Shown here piece by piece: positions 1 through 13,489 of a DNA stretch of 64,000 nucleotides. This DNA comes from Octopus vulgaris (Eukaryota): assembly GCA_951406725.2 (NCBI GenBank), contig OX597822.1, positions 64,728,001 to 64,792,000 on the forward strand, given 5' to 3'. Below the pieces are notes generated by a model, which saw only the letters and a list, made by a program, of their open reading frames with translations, was not told the origin of the DNA and searched no databases. Within the stretch, counting starts at the first letter, position 1. Each line of letters begins with the position of its first letter. The position numbers were made by a program, and so were the translations under genes.

Positions 1-226
1 ACGCATAGATTATCTGTGTTACATTGTACGCTCAGAAGTTACTAATATAGAAATGATATGAATAAGAGAGAAAATTGTTGGTACCTGCCACAAACAACGA
101 AGTCTGAATTCAACCAAATCAATTTTGTAGTTTTTCAGCTCCCGGGATCTAGAATCAATGATGCGTCAATATTAATTATTTATTGGAACCTACAGTTATA
201 TGCATGTGCATGTGCGTGCTCGCATG

Positions 227-287
<61 letters not shown>

Positions 288-480
288 GTATGAACAGATA
301 GACACACACATACATGTATATATACATATATGTGCCTTACAATCTATGTTTGCCAGCATGTATGTCTGTGTGACAGTCTATTTATAAACTTATTCTGTAG
401 GTCATGTGTTTCCTTATTAATATTGGTTATGTTTAAACACACACAATTATACATAGGTGCATACATACATGCATACTCCC

Positions 481-593
<113 letters not shown>

Positions 594-621
594 CATATAT
601 ATATGTATATATCTATATATA

Positions 622-674
<53 letters not shown>

Positions 675-686
675 TGTATGTATATA

Positions 687-730
<44 letters not shown>

Positions 731-846
731 GGTCCCGGGTTGATTCGGGGTTAACCACAGTAAATAAGGTACTCAATACATAGCAGAGTAAAATTAATTT
801 ATTATATATTATATTATTTTATTTATTATATAGCTCCTTCTATATA

Positions 847-882
<36 letters not shown>

Positions 883-1009
883 TTTGATACTTTGATACTT
901 TGATAGGTTTCGGCCATTATTGGCCCAGGCCATGTCTAACTTAATAGCACCAATATATATATATATATAGGCGCAGGCATATATATATATATATATATAT
1001 TTATGTAAA

Positions 1010-1395
1010 GGTGGCAGGCTGGCAGGAACATTAACACGCCGGGCAAAATGCTTAGCGGTATTTCGTCTGCCGTTACGTTCAGAGTTCAAATTCCGCCGAG
1101 GTCGACTTGGCCTTTCATCCTTTCGGGGTCGATAAATTAAGTACCAGTTACGCACTGGGGTCGATATAATCGACTTAATACCTATGTCTGTCCTTGTTTG
1201 TCCCCTCTATGTTTAGCCCCTTGTGGGTAATAAAGAAATAGGTATTTCGTTTGCGGCTACATTCTGAGTTCAAATTCCGCCAAGGTCGACTGTGCCTTTC
1301 ATCATTTCAGCGTCGATTAAATAAGTACCAGTTACGCACTGGGGTCGATATAATCGACTTAATCCGTTTGTCTGTCCTTGTTTATCCTCTCTGTG
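1010..1395 (+). mobile_element. tRNA-derived SINE with Meta/MESC-like central domain (family A), tandem dimer
   Basis: Head with A-box-like TGGCAGGAACATT and B-box-like AGTTCAAATTCC; core GGTCGACTTGGCCTTTCATCCTTTCGGGGTCGATAAATTAAGTACCAG; body repeated once; more than 10 further copies in the window. Confidence 0.85.
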
Positions 1396-1405
1396 CGTAT
1401 TATCA

Positions 1406-1443
<38 letters not shown>

Positions 1444-1764
1444 GGCAGTAGTAGTAGTAGTAGTAGTTGTAATAGAAACGAAAATAAGGGCATTAATTTC
1501 GTTCCTTTGGGTTTTCACTTCAAACTTTTGCCAGGGTTGATTTTGCTGTTCATAGCACCTGGTTCAATAAATCAATCGATTGCTATTAAAGCCGTTGATC
1601 GATTGAATCCATTATACACCTTTCCTTTCAAAAACTGACATGGTGTCTAATCAAATATGCATCATCATCATCATCATCATTATTATTACTATTATTATTA
1701 TTATTGTCGTTGTTTTTGCTACAGTTTTTTTCTCTAATAACCATTGATGTTGTTGTTTTTGTTG

Positions 1765-1870
<106 letters not shown>

Positions 1871-2168
1871 CTTTTATTTTGTTTTGCTATTCCTGATGTT
1901 GTTGATTTCTTTTTGCTTGCAAAGACATGTGTACTTCTGTGCCCCTGTTCTGGATTTACACTTTGTTGATTAAAAAAAAAAGAAGAATCGATATTTGTTT
2001 CTATTCAGTGTTGTATCGCGTGAAACCTTTACTAAGAGAACTTTATTTTTAATTTCGTTTTTGTTTTCGTGCAATTTTGTGTGAAAAACAATATCAACAA
2101 GAACAAAAAAAAAAAAACAAATTTAAAAAAAAAACAGACATTGTTGAACGCTTTTAAGGAAAACTTAC

Positions 2169-2209
2169 CTTCTACACAAAATGTCCTCGGGAGAGAGTAG
2201 CAAGGCCGA
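2169..2209 (-). other. Candidate 41-nt internal exon of an unidentified minus-strand gene
   Basis: Minus strand: long pyrimidine tract ending ttttttag | TCGGCC...GTAGAAG | gtaagt (consensus donor). Open readings SALLLSPEDILCR or RPCYSLPRTFCVE; no homology recognised. Confidence 0.3.
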
Positions 2210-2725
2210 CTAAAAAAAGAATAAGAATAATCAACAAATAAAAAATAAAATAAACCCCTGACAATTAAGGGAAAACTGAAAGATATGACAAGGGGACAGA
2301 AATACTGTAAAACAAGTGCGAATGGTTGGAAAAATAGCGATATTACTGTGGACATTAATGTCCATTGAGAACGATTTGGGTAACGTATTTAATAAGCACG
2401 ACAACTATAATGGCGAACACAACGTACGTACACATTGGTTTTTCGAAAAAAGAGGTCATCTTTTACCTTTTAGTTTTTCTCTTTCATCTGTTATCTGTTT
2501 TAACCATTGTCCTGCAGCCATGGCGAGGAAGCGCCTTGGTGGGTATTTTATCGAAGAATAAATCGACGCCGGTACTTATTTTTAAAAATTTGTACTCATT
2601 CTCTCTAGGTGATAGGTTATGGGGACTTACACAAAACCAATACACACACACAAAAATTCGAGAACGTTGGCTATACGTGCATATTTAAACGCGTTTTGTA
2701 CTTTTCAATGAATATATATATATAT

Positions 2726-3098
2726 TCTTTTATTCTTTTATTTGTTTCAATCATTTTACTGCGACCATGCTGGAGCACCGCCTTTAGTCGAACAGAACGA
2801 TCCCAGGACTTATTCTTTGTAAGGCTAGTATGCATTCCATCGGCTCTCTTTTTTCCGAACCGTTAAATGTCGGGGACGTAAGCACACAAACATCGGTTGT
2901 GAAGCGATGGTGGGGGGACAAACACAGACACAAATAACAAATACATACACATATGTACGACGGGCTTCTTTCAGTTTCCGCCTATCATATCCACTTGCAA
3001 GGCTTTGGTCGGCGCGAGACTATAAGTAGAAGACACTTGCCCAAGGTGCCACGCAGTAGGACTGAACCCAGAGCCATGTGGTTGGGAAGCAAGCTTCT
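2726..3098 (-). mobile_element. CORE-like tRNA SINE (family B, octopus OR-type) with internal microsatellite
   Basis: Reverse complement of the family B consensus seen at 3655, 21413 and 44699. Confidence 0.85.
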
Positions 3099-3101
3099 AA
3101 A

Positions 3102-3168
<67 letters not shown>

Positions 3169-3654
3169 TTGTGTACGTCTTTGTATGCATTGTTGCATTG
3201 GATAGGTTGTGGATTATCAATTCCATTTGAACGTCACAGAAAATACTTCGAGGTATTCTGTTTCATACACTTGCATTCTGATTTCAAATCCCGCCGAGAT
3301 CACCTTAGCTTTTCATCGTCGCGGACTGAAAGGAAATAATGTATCAGTCAATTTAATCCACTGATAATGTAGTCTCCAGAGCTTAATCAAGGTGTATATA
3401 GTGTATACACACATACACCAGATAAACTTGAAAGCGCTTTTTTAGTACGGGCTGTATGAGGGCTTATAAGCGTATGAAGTCTTGATGGGGATAGTATTCC
3501 CGTGAGCTGCTGTATTTCAAGTGGCATTAACTTTAAAAAGCATAACGATGAAACGATGCTATGTACTGGTTACAAATGTTGGTACAAGGCCAGTAATTTT
3601 GGGAAAAGGGGTAATTCAATTACATCAACCCCAGTACTCAACTGGTACTATTTT

Positions 3655-4074
3655 AGGCGCAGGAGTGGCTGTGTGGTAAGTAGCTTGCTTACCAACCACA
3701 TGGTTCCGGGTTCAGTTCCACTGCATGGCACCTTGGGCAAGTGTCTTCTACTATAGCCTCGGGACGACCAACGCCTTGTGAGTGGATTTGGTAGACGGAA
3801 ACTGAAAGAAGCCCGTCGTATATATGTATATATAGATGTGTGTGTTTGTTTGCGTGTCTGTGTTTGTTTGCGTGTCTGTGTTTGTCCCCCACCCCTCAGC
3901 ATCGCTTGACAACCGATGCTGGTGTGTCTAAGTCCCCGTAACTTAGCGATTCGGTAAAAGAGACTGATAGAATAAGTACTAGGCTTACAAAGAATAAGTC
4001 CTGGGGTCAATTTCCTCGATTAAATGCGGTGCTCCAGCATGGCCGCAGTCAAATGACTGGAGCAAGTAAAAGAA
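3655..4074 (+). mobile_element. CORE-like tRNA SINE (family B), full length
   Basis: A box TGGCTGTGTGG, B-box-like GGTTCAGTTCC, CORE-like GGCACCTTGGGCAAGTGTCTT, (TA)/(TG) linker, 3' tail GGTGCTCCAGCATGGCCGCAGTCAAATGACTG...GTAAAAGA. Confidence 0.9.
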
Positions 4075-4157
4075 TACATTTAAATGCCGCTAAGCATTTC
4101 ACCCGGTGTGCTAACGATTCTACCAGTTCACTGCTTCAACGATGCTAAAATGTTGTT

Positions 4158-4586
4158 TTCAAATTTTAGCACAGGCCAGCAATTTCGAGGAAGAGGGTAA
4201 GACGATTACTTCGACCCCAGTGCGTAACTGGTACTTATTTAATCCATCCCCGAAAGGATGAAAGGCAAAGTCGACCTCAGCGGAATTTGAATATAGAACG
4301 TACAGATGATATAACGAACCTGTCAGCTCGCTGCTTTAACAACGTCATATATTTATTTCTTTGTTGCCTACAGGGTGGCTAAACATAGAGGGGACAAACA
4401 AGGACATACGAAGGGATTAATTCAATTACATCGACCCCAGTGCATAACTGGTACTGATTTAATCGACCCCGAAAGGATGAAAGGCAAAGTCGACCTCGGT
4501 GGAATTTGAACTCAGAACGCAACGGCAGACGAAGTACCACTAAGCATTTCGCCCGGCGCGCTATCAATTCTGCCAGCACGCCGCCC
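4158..4586 (-). mobile_element. Two family A SINE copies
   Basis: CCCCGAAAGGATGAAAGGCAAAGTCGACCTC core at ~4250 and ~4467; head ends at 4586. Confidence 0.85.
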
Positions 4587-5112
4587 TAACGACGTTATAT
4601 ATTGCTAATACATCTCGGACTACTTCCCACTGACTGGCTTTCTCTTTAGGGCTTGAAAATATTTCAACGTCTGTAATTATTGATATTATGGAATACTTAG
4701 GTGAGGAACACAGTGGAGTGTTAGTCTTACATCAGAAAGCAATGCTATCAAAAATTGAAAGCAGCATGCTCACACATAAGCAATATTCAACGCATCTAAA
4801 AGAGAGCTGCTCGACTGATTGGCTTAAAGTCACTCACAGACATTCATCAGCTTCTGATTGATAGGCGTTTTGTCTACTTTTACTGTTTTTATTTCCTGTC
4901 ATAGTTGCAATAGCCTTAACATCTTGGAATTGGCCAAATTGGCTTAGGCCCTATCACAGACACACTGCGGCCTCTAACCGATTCGTATGCTATCTCCTTT
5001 CTCTGCTTTATTTAGCGTAACGGACTTACGTCTTAGGATTGGGATTGACTGGCTTAAAGTCACTGACAGATGCCTAGTCTTTAGTCTATAGACCCTTAGC
5101 GCAACAATGATG

Positions 5113-5235
5113 GCATATCTGAAGATGGGGGCAGGTGACATCAAAATTATAGCTTATATTGTCTATATAAACGTACGCAAAATGTACATTGCTGTATTAT
5201 ATTCCGTAATAGCATCTCCGAAACAGCTGTAAAGA
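5113..5235 (+). ncRNA. Degenerate type I hammerhead ribozyme with long stem-loop II
   Basis: CTGAAGA (5119-5125) ... TCTCC-GAAA-CAGCTGT-A; ACAGCTGT is palindromic (stem III); stem I pairing is poor. Confidence 0.45.
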
Positions 5236-6041
5236 ACTATTTGAAAATTTCTTCTCTCTTTTCTCTGATTTTCGCTGATGTAGTCTTTGGATATTAACCA
5301 ACTTATGAACGACAATTATAGGCTCATTCCAGATTTCTGTTTAATTGTATTCGTGTACATATTTGTATAACGTATTTATAACTACTTTGATGCCATAATG
5401 GATTGCCTGTCATCTTTTACACAAACACACACACAAACACACACACACACATACGCGCGCACACACACACACACACACACACGTATATGCAAGTATATAT
5501 ATATTTGTTTTTGCCTGTATATATTATATGTGCGTGTGCGTATGTGTGTTTTTGTGTAAATTGGTGGGAAATACAAGTTAAAGAAATAATTCAATGCACA
5601 AATCTTGTTATGCTTCCTTCAATTTCGGTTGAAGGAAATATACACATATCCACGCGCACACACACACAACACACGCACGCGCATACACACATTCATATAC
5701 ACATCTACGATGATATGTATGTGCCCACACTTGTCACTATGATAGCATATATACCTCCATGTATGTATATATATGTGTGTGTGTATATGTGTGCTTATGT
5801 GTATAATATACAATACATGTATGCATATATAGAAATGTATATATATATGTACATATATATATATCTATCTATATGTATATATAAGTATATATAAGTTTAC
5901 ATATGAATGTATATATATATAATATATATATGTATACTTATATATGTATGTATATATATATACACACGTGTATAAATATATATACATATATATACACGTG
6001 TATATATATATAAATACATACATATATATATATATACATAC

Positions 6042-6092
<51 letters not shown>

Positions 6093-6098
6093 TTATAA

Positions 6099-6136
<38 letters not shown>

Positions 6137-6280
6137 GGGCACGTATATGTTTTAATGACTTTTTGCTATTCATGTATACCTCCATGTATGTATACATATA
6201 TGTGTGTATGTATGTGTGCGCATGTATATAATATACAATACATGTATGCATATATAGAAATGTATACATATACATATATA

Positions 6281-6317
<37 letters not shown>

Positions 6318-7028
6318 GCACGTACATGTTTTAATGACTATTTCCTATTCATATACATCTGTAACCATCCATCCATCCATTCAACCATCCATCTTTACAT
6401 ACGTACATACATGCATATAAACTTTGCTTTTATCCACTACCTAACAGAAATACGTGTATAGGAAACAGTTATTAAAGCATGTCTGATTAAATTCACTAGT
6501 TGAGTCACGTAAGCGAATAAACATACACGCACACAAACACACACACATGCGCTCACACAAAGCATATAGATACACATATATACACATCACACAGGCACAT
6601 ACATATACACATATATAAGCATGAATGCATGTAACTATTTATAACATATATTTCTGGGTCCATGAGAAGTGAACACGTGATTATGTTTATACAAGGAGGC
6701 ATGTTCAAATTCATGAAATTTATATAGCGATGATATATTAAACATATGGTCCGGAAAACTGGTCCACAGACGCACGCGCAGACAGTCATGTAGGTTGGTT
6801 GTGCGTGTACGATGTATGACTATGTGTGTAGGTGTATGCATGCATGTATTTAGGTGTGTATGTGTCTGTGTGTGGGTGTCTTTGAGTGTATGTGGCGTGG
6901 AACTCGATTCACAAGAAGGGATTTTCTTTAAACTTTTAAATAAACCTAATTATCAGTTTTATATGTTTTGAGCACTCTCTACTTCATTCATTGACACAGT
7001 TGTGACGGTTTAAACATGCACATTGCCT

Positions 7029-7117
<89 letters not shown>

Positions 7118-7119
<2 letters not shown>

Positions 7120-7365
7120 GAGGCACGTGGCTTATTGGTTAGGGCGTCAGCACCATGATCGTAAGATTGTGGTTTCGATTCCTGGATCGGACGACGCGTT
7201 GTGTTCTTGAGCAAAACACTTCATTTCACGTTGCTCCAGTACACTCAGCGGGCAAAAATGAGTAACGCTGCGATGGACTGGCGTCCCGTCCAGCTGGGGA
7301 ACACATACACCATAGAAACTGGAAAACCGGGCCCATGAGCTTGGCTAGGCTTTTAAAGGGCGCAT
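7118..7365 (+). mobile_element. tRNA-derived SINE with V-SINE-like segment (family C)
   Basis: A box TGGCTTATTGG, B box GTTTCGATTCC, TGTGTTCTTGAGCAAAACACTT, GCTGCGATGGACTGGCGTCCCGTCCAG. Confidence 0.8.
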
Positions 7366-7919
7366 TTATTATTTATATATATATACACACACTTACACAT
7401 ATATATAATTATTGATTAACTAGCGTATTGCTGTTATCTCCCTTACTTTTATTATTTCAGATTTTATTCCACTGGGCATAGTTTTTGTCTACTTATTCTT
7501 TCGATAATCCGAGTTGATTGAAGTTTTTTTTTTTCTTTCTTAACCGTCTTTATTACATATGCGAGAGCCACCCAGTATCTGTGTTAAGAACATATGGATC
7601 TACGAACCAAACCGCGGGATTTCAACCTTGTCGGATCTCATTAACTTCGGGGGAGTAATGATAACAAATGTTCTCTCATGGCCAAACTATTTACATGTCA
7701 GTCAATATGCAAAACTCATCATATAGTGGAATAGATTTAGCAGCGAGCTTTTGAGAAAAAATACCCAGAACATTACGGAATAATACATGAATTACTTTAA
7801 TTTACAACAGTATATATTTTTAGATTTGTTCTGATGTTATTAAAAGGATTTATTTTAGAGCGAACATGGGGGTTCCATTTTGCTTTCAAATAACCAGAAC
7901 TACAAATGCTCTCTCTCTT

Positions 7920-7964
<45 letters not shown>

Positions 7965-8014
7965 CATATTGGGATGATGAATATATAACTTTATTGGAGT
8001 TTCATATCTACACA

Positions 8015-8223
8015 TACGACAGGATACTGAAGAGTTGCTGGTTTTAAGGGTATCGCAAAAGGCTTGGTTGGTGGCTCAACCTTCCGAATTCTTTTTACAG
8101 ACTGAAGGGCTGCTGCAATAAATATGTGACTCTGAGAGGGGAATATATTCGATAAAATCATAATTAATTGATCCTCCGGTATTTTCTTACGCCCGAAGCC
8201 AGGAAATTTCCAGCACCTTCATA
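8015..8223. mobile_element. Mariner-like MITE, decayed
   Basis: Imperfect TIRs TACGACAGGATACTGAAGAGTTGCTGG / CCAGGAAATTTCCAGCACCTTCATA; a related solo TIR lies at 32050-32077. Confidence 0.45.
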
Positions 8224-8273
8224 TAGATACATATAAACATTAACACAGACATTAACTAACACACACACACACA

Positions 8274-8318
<45 letters not shown>

Positions 8319-8804
8319 GCACGCGCACACACACACACACACATACACACACACATGCACACACACACACACACGCACACACACGCGCGCACACACACAC
8401 ACACGCACACACACACACACACACACACGAATGGAATTTGTGAATGCAAAGACTAATGGAACAGTATAAGTATGGAAGACTTCTCTAAAGTTCCAAACGC
8501 AACGTTACACCGTTGTTATTCAAATTCCAGCAACAGATCTTCGTTTCCTTTCTGGAAACCAGATTCCCCTTTATAAGGAACATCTAAACAAATAAAAAAG
8601 AAAGATAACATACCCACATAATATTTACATACGTTTGTACGTACGTACGTGCGTACCCACGTAGTCTCTACGTACCTACTTACCTGCCATCATACTTACC
8701 TACCTAATTAGCTACCTACCGATCTACCTACAAACCACCATCTTTAACAAACTACTTCCCGTTTGTATGCATAGAGGAACAAATGTGCAGAAGTATCCGG
8801 TATA

Positions 8805-9407
8805 TACTGGGTTGTCCGAAAAGTTCTTGCCGATTTTTAAAGGAAAGAAAAAGGTCAATAAATACTTACCATTAAATTTTTAATCAACCAAATATGAACC
8901 ATTTTGTTGCACAATGCGTCTCCATCTTTCCTTTAACTTGAAAATACCCTCTTCCCAGAATTGAGGTGGTTTCAAGGCAAAGAATTCATCAAGGTATCTT
9001 TTTACGTCATCTAAGGAATTGAAATTTTTACCATTAAGACTATTCTACAGAGACCTGAATAAGTGGAAATCCGAAGGAGCAATATCTGGTGAATATGGAG
9101 GGTGAGGTAACACATCCCAGCCGAGCTGCAGCAATTTTTGTCTGGTTCCCAAAGCATCAAGTGCCGAAAATGAACTTTCTTATCTTCCATATTAAAGGGT
9201 TACAGAATTAACACAGGTTATAGGAACATAAACCTTCTTCCACGGAAAGATAGCTTAAGCTGTGCTCGAAATGGAGGTGTAGTCAAATTCTATTTTATGG
9301 ACTCAACCATGTTCTAAAATAAGTCGAAATTTAAATAATACTATAATAATACTATAATAATTTAAATAATACTATAAATCGGCACAAACTTTCCGGACAA
9401 CCCAATA
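8805..9407 (-). mobile_element. Internally deleted mariner transposon
   Basis: ~32-bp TIRs (TACTGGGTTGTCCGAAAAGTTCTTGCCGATTT / AAATCGGCACAAACTTTCCGGACAACCCAATA); minus strand encodes QKLLQLGWDVLPHPPYSPDIAPSDFHLFRSL, the mariner YSPDLAP motif. Confidence 0.92.
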
Positions 9408-9591
9408 GATATACATTTGCACCTTCCTACTTGGTGGTGTGCAACGAGAGATTTGCTTAAAAGCTCGGAGTAATCTACGAAAGGAGGAAACAAAGTGATT
9501 CGCTTCGAAACCCAAAGGATTAGTCTTACGATGAAGATTTGTACAAAGACTCCGCATGTGAGTCTCTTGGAGGGAACACAAACGGACTATC

Positions 9592-9679
<88 letters not shown>

Positions 9680-9685
9680 GATTCG

Positions 9686-9929
9686 GTTCTATATATAAGA
9701 GATGAGGAATTATGTACATTATTTACATTATTTATATTTGGCGGATATTTGTCCTCATCTTTGTTGTTAACACGTTTCGGCTGATATACCCTCCAGCCTT
9801 CATCAGGTGCCTTGGGGGAAATTTCAAACCTGGGTTCTCATTCCTAACGTATTTTTCGATGTTCTTCTTCTTCTTCTTCTTCTTCTTCTTCTTCTTCTTC
9901 TTCTTCTTCTTCTTCTTCTTCTTCTTCTT

Positions 9930-9962
<33 letters not shown>

Positions 9963-9987
9963 ATTATTATTATCATTATTATTATTA

Positions 9988-10027
<40 letters not shown>

Positions 10028-10077
10028 GGAGTCTTGGTGTTAGTTGCAAGCGCTCTGAACCACTACACCATATGCCC
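9686..10077 (-). mobile_element. tRNA-head + trinucleotide + hammerhead element (family H), copy 1
   Basis: Minus strand: GGGCATATGGTGTAGTGGTTCAGAGCGC head, (AAT)n/(AAG)n linker, then GGCAC-CTGATGA-A-GGCTG..CAGCC-GAAAC at 9769-9811. Confidence 0.8.
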
Positions 10078-10751
10078 TAGGGCCCACGGACATATATGTA
10101 TGCATTGCACTGCTTGCATAAACTCAACCAAGCTCTTGTTTCTCGCATCCAGTTCATACTTTGATGTCTTTAATTTATAAACATATTTGACGGATACCTG
10201 CTTACTTCTTTTCCGCATTGCTTGTTAGAATGGCTTTGGGTAGTAACCCGTGGCACATGCTATGTCCAAAAGTATGACCTGTGTGAACTTGGTTTTCAAC
10301 ATAGATTATTTCAGACTTCAAACTTCCTGTTTTTCTACTGCTGTAGTAATTGTTACCATGTCTTTTCATCGTATTGTGCCAATGTGTAAATGCTTCACAT
10401 TTTCTTTAACGTTTCTGTATTTAGGCATTGCCCAAGTTTAATTCGGTTACATCTAAAGGAAACCAAACAATACCAAAGTAAGCGGTCCCCACAGATTATG
10501 AATCCACAAGTATTTTCAACTTTAAAAGAATGAAGGATAAACCAGCTTCCCACACAGATATCATTACAGTTTCGACACCTGGGCAGTACCATACAGTATG
10601 GCAGTGTGCACAGCGTTAAAACTATAACCGCTACCATGGAATCCACCGGCTTATTACTATAAGTAACAGCATAAGAACAAAAAAAATAGTTATGACTTGT
10701 TGCTATTGTTGCTACAAAATAGCATTTGTAACAAAAAACTCATTCGAAAAC

Positions 10752-10812
<61 letters not shown>

Positions 10813-11104
10813 TAGGGGCGTGTGTGTATGTGTGTGTGAGCGCGCGCGCGTGTGTGTGTGTGTGTATGTATGTATGTACGTATGTGCGTGTGTTGTATGT
10901 GTATGCATGTATATATGGACGTACGTATACATATATATGAGAGACTGATAGCTAGAGAGAGAGAAAGAAAGAGAGAGAGGGGAAGAAACAGAGATAGAAA
11001 GAGTGTATGAAATTTGAAATATAATGCGGGGAATATATAGATATATATATATATTAGAAGAAATGAGGTACTCAGAAAATCGGATATATATATATATATA
11101 CATA

Positions 11105-11136
<32 letters not shown>

Positions 11137-11222
11137 CACATATTTCAAAATGTAACTACACGTGGATTGTTGGCGATTCTTTTCATCCGTCTTCCTTTTC
11201 TCTTAGACTTTCCTCTGTCTCT

Positions 11223-11259
11223 TGTTTCTGTAGAAGAGCTTTGCTCGAAACGTTAAACA
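11223..11259 (+). ncRNA. Minimal hammerhead motif, core mutated
   Basis: TGTTT-CTGTAGA-A-GAGC-TTT-GCTC-GAAA-CGTT-AAACA; stems I and II pair perfectly; A6 is changed to T. Confidence 0.65.
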
Positions 11260-11337
11260 CCCTTTGTTTCCTTCCCTGTGCCACTTGTAATACTTTGCAT
11301 GTAACACGCAAAGTATTGCGTTGTAGCTTTTTCCATG

Positions 11338-11392
<55 letters not shown>

Positions 11393-11440
11393 TGAATTGA
11401 AGAAATGGAGCTGAACGCAGATTGAACAGAAATCGTTTTA

Positions 11441-11530
11441 TTTCATTCTACACGTGTTTCGAAAGGCACAAATTACCAAAATCCGATGGAATAATGGGAC
11501 CATATTGTGTCTTTCTCTTCAGGAAGAAAA
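11441..11530 (-). ncRNA. Type I hammerhead ribozyme with extended stem II
   Basis: Minus strand: TTTTCTTC-CTGAAGA-GAAAGACACAA...TTGTGCCTTTC-GAAA-CACGTGT-A-GAATGAAA; intact core and palindromic stem III. Confidence 0.7.
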
Positions 11531-12117
11531 TAGGAAATCCGTTGGAAAAACAAAAACAGAACAGAGGCGGAGCAAAAACAAATCGAACTATGCTCCTAAG
11601 AGCCCATGGCGAAACTGTTTATCAGTGTATGTTGAGAACCGGTGGCTGAAGAATTCAACGGGTCAAGCATCGGTCAATCATGTGGGTGAGGGTGCGTAGA
11701 TGTTCTTTGTGACCGAGAATAAAGTTCTGACTATTTAAAGAATATTGGATGTTTTATAAGGGGCGAGAAAAAATCTACTTAGAGACGTGTGTGTGTGTAT
11801 ACTGTTCTATATATGTGTGTGTTGGCGTAGGGGTAGAAAACATTTTTTGTGTACGTGTGTGCGTTTGATCGTTCGGCTGTCAGTGGCTACTGCCGTGATA
11901 ACCGTTGGGTGGCAGAAAAAAAATATATATATCATGTTTTATGTGTGTGTGTGTTCATCTAAGCCTGCCTTGTCAAGGAAACCCCCCGCTGTGAAAAAAC
12001 CAAGCCCCGTTTGTCTTACAGGAGTAATTCCCCTTGCAGTGGTTAATCGTAGATATCTTAAAGGCTATTTCAGAATTTGTTACCAAGGGCTATGGGTGCC
12101 GGTATTATTTATAAACG

Positions 12118-12498
12118 CTATTTAAAAGCCAGATAAGTGTAACGCCGCCAATGGGGGCATCGGAAAGCCGACTGTAAAAGCCCGTTTACCATCCGGCCTC
12201 TGGCAAACAAAATATGGAAGAGTTCGGAGACACAAAGGTTGCACTGCCTTCTGCCCCTATCAAATGGGAGGGCCACCGACAAAATGGACCATTCCAGCCT
12301 GTAGCTTAAGTTCGTATCCTTCAGTCGCCATATTAGCTTACTGAGTCCCGTGGTCTGGCGCTTGTTCATGTCCCGAAAAGTTGCGTAATGGTTGGAGACA
12401 CGCAAAGACAATCTTGAGGATGAGGCCCCTACATAAGTGAAGACATCTGAGTCCGTGTAAACCTTGCATTGGTAGACGGCGTTTTTGATCTTGGAGTT
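12118..12498 (-). pseudogene. Penelope-like element GIY-YIG endonuclease remnant (Neptune-like)
   Basis: In-frame NAVYQCKVYTDSDVFTYVGASSSRLSLRVSNHYATF...TGLSKLIWRLKD...WSIL...CNLCVSE; AVY/YVG motifs with conserved R, H and CxLC; no RT in frame; flanked by HHR motifs. Confidence 0.8.
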
Positions 12499-12613
12499 CG
12501 CCGACGTGAATCTAATTCTGCTAGGATTGTTTTACTGCTGTGATTTTTGCTACTAAGGTATCGGTTAAACTTTTGATTAATCTACTACAAGATTATTCAT
12601 CTTTCTATTTCAC

Positions 12614-12654
<41 letters not shown>

Positions 12655-12740
12655 AATCCAAACGGGAAACAAAAAAACAACAACAATGGAACAATTACAG
12701 TATTATTATTAATAGGCGCTCAGGAAATGGAAGCAGGGAG

Positions 12741-12776
12741 GTATGACGTTTCGAGCGGAGCTCTTCGTCGGAAACA
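12741..12776 (-). ncRNA. Minimal hammerhead motif, same family as 11223
   Basis: Minus strand: CCGACGA-A-GAGC-TCC-GCTC-GAAA-CGTC; U4C variant. Confidence 0.55.
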
Positions 12777-13489
12777 TAAAGAAGGAAGAGAGAGGAAAGA
12801 AAGATCCCAGAGCGGGCAACGGAGATAGAGAAAAAAACGACTGGTGTTTAGGAGTTACACATGGTGAAAGGCGGATGTTTACGATAACAAGAGCAAAGTG
12901 GGTTTTTAAAGGCAAAAGAGTGGAGACAAGGTTGGTAACGCAACAGATGTGTGTGTATGTGTGAGTGTGTGCGTGTGCGTGTGTGTATGTGTGTGTGTGA
13001 GGCGAGATAAAAAAACAAAAAATATATGTATGTGTTAGTGTGTGCGTCTGTGTGTAGGCGTGTGAGGTAGGGCGAGACGGTGGTCAGCATAGCAGCAGCA
13101 TAGCAGACAAAGGTCAGTAGTAAGAAAAGGAAGGAAGGAGGAAGGGAGGGAGGGGAAGGGGTGGGGGCGTATGTAGCGTGCCAGCGTGTGTTGAGTAGTA
13201 GTGTGTGTGTGTGTCCAGTGTCGTGGTAGTATTAATGGCGAGCAGATTGAATGTGTGTAAGAGTAATGTATATGTTTAAGCAATGTGTGTATATGTGTGC
13301 GCGTGTGTGTAACGAAAAAGGGGGGGTTAAGGAAAAGGACTCCAGCTGAGGGGAAGATGGAAGAGTGGTCCCGCGGAGACGGGCGTGGGAAAACCCAACG
13401 ACAAGCGACATCCCAGGAACGGGCGGGAGGTCTCGTCGGGTCCAAGGGCGAGGTGCATACGGCGCGCATGCGTGCGCGAACCGGCGCAA

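Noticed and set aside
4650-4700. Plus-strand 51-nt exon-like segment (GLENISTSVIIDIMEYL); similar acceptor-like sites at 8583 (-), 41869 (+) and 52397 (+)
   Set aside because: Splice-like signals only. There is no recognisable homology or consistent gene model, and such hits are expected by chance in 64 kb of AT-rich DNA.
5750-6355. Local tandem duplications (also a ~35-bp duplication at 31538-31610)
   Set aside because: Ordinary slippage or duplication in microsatellite-rich DNA.
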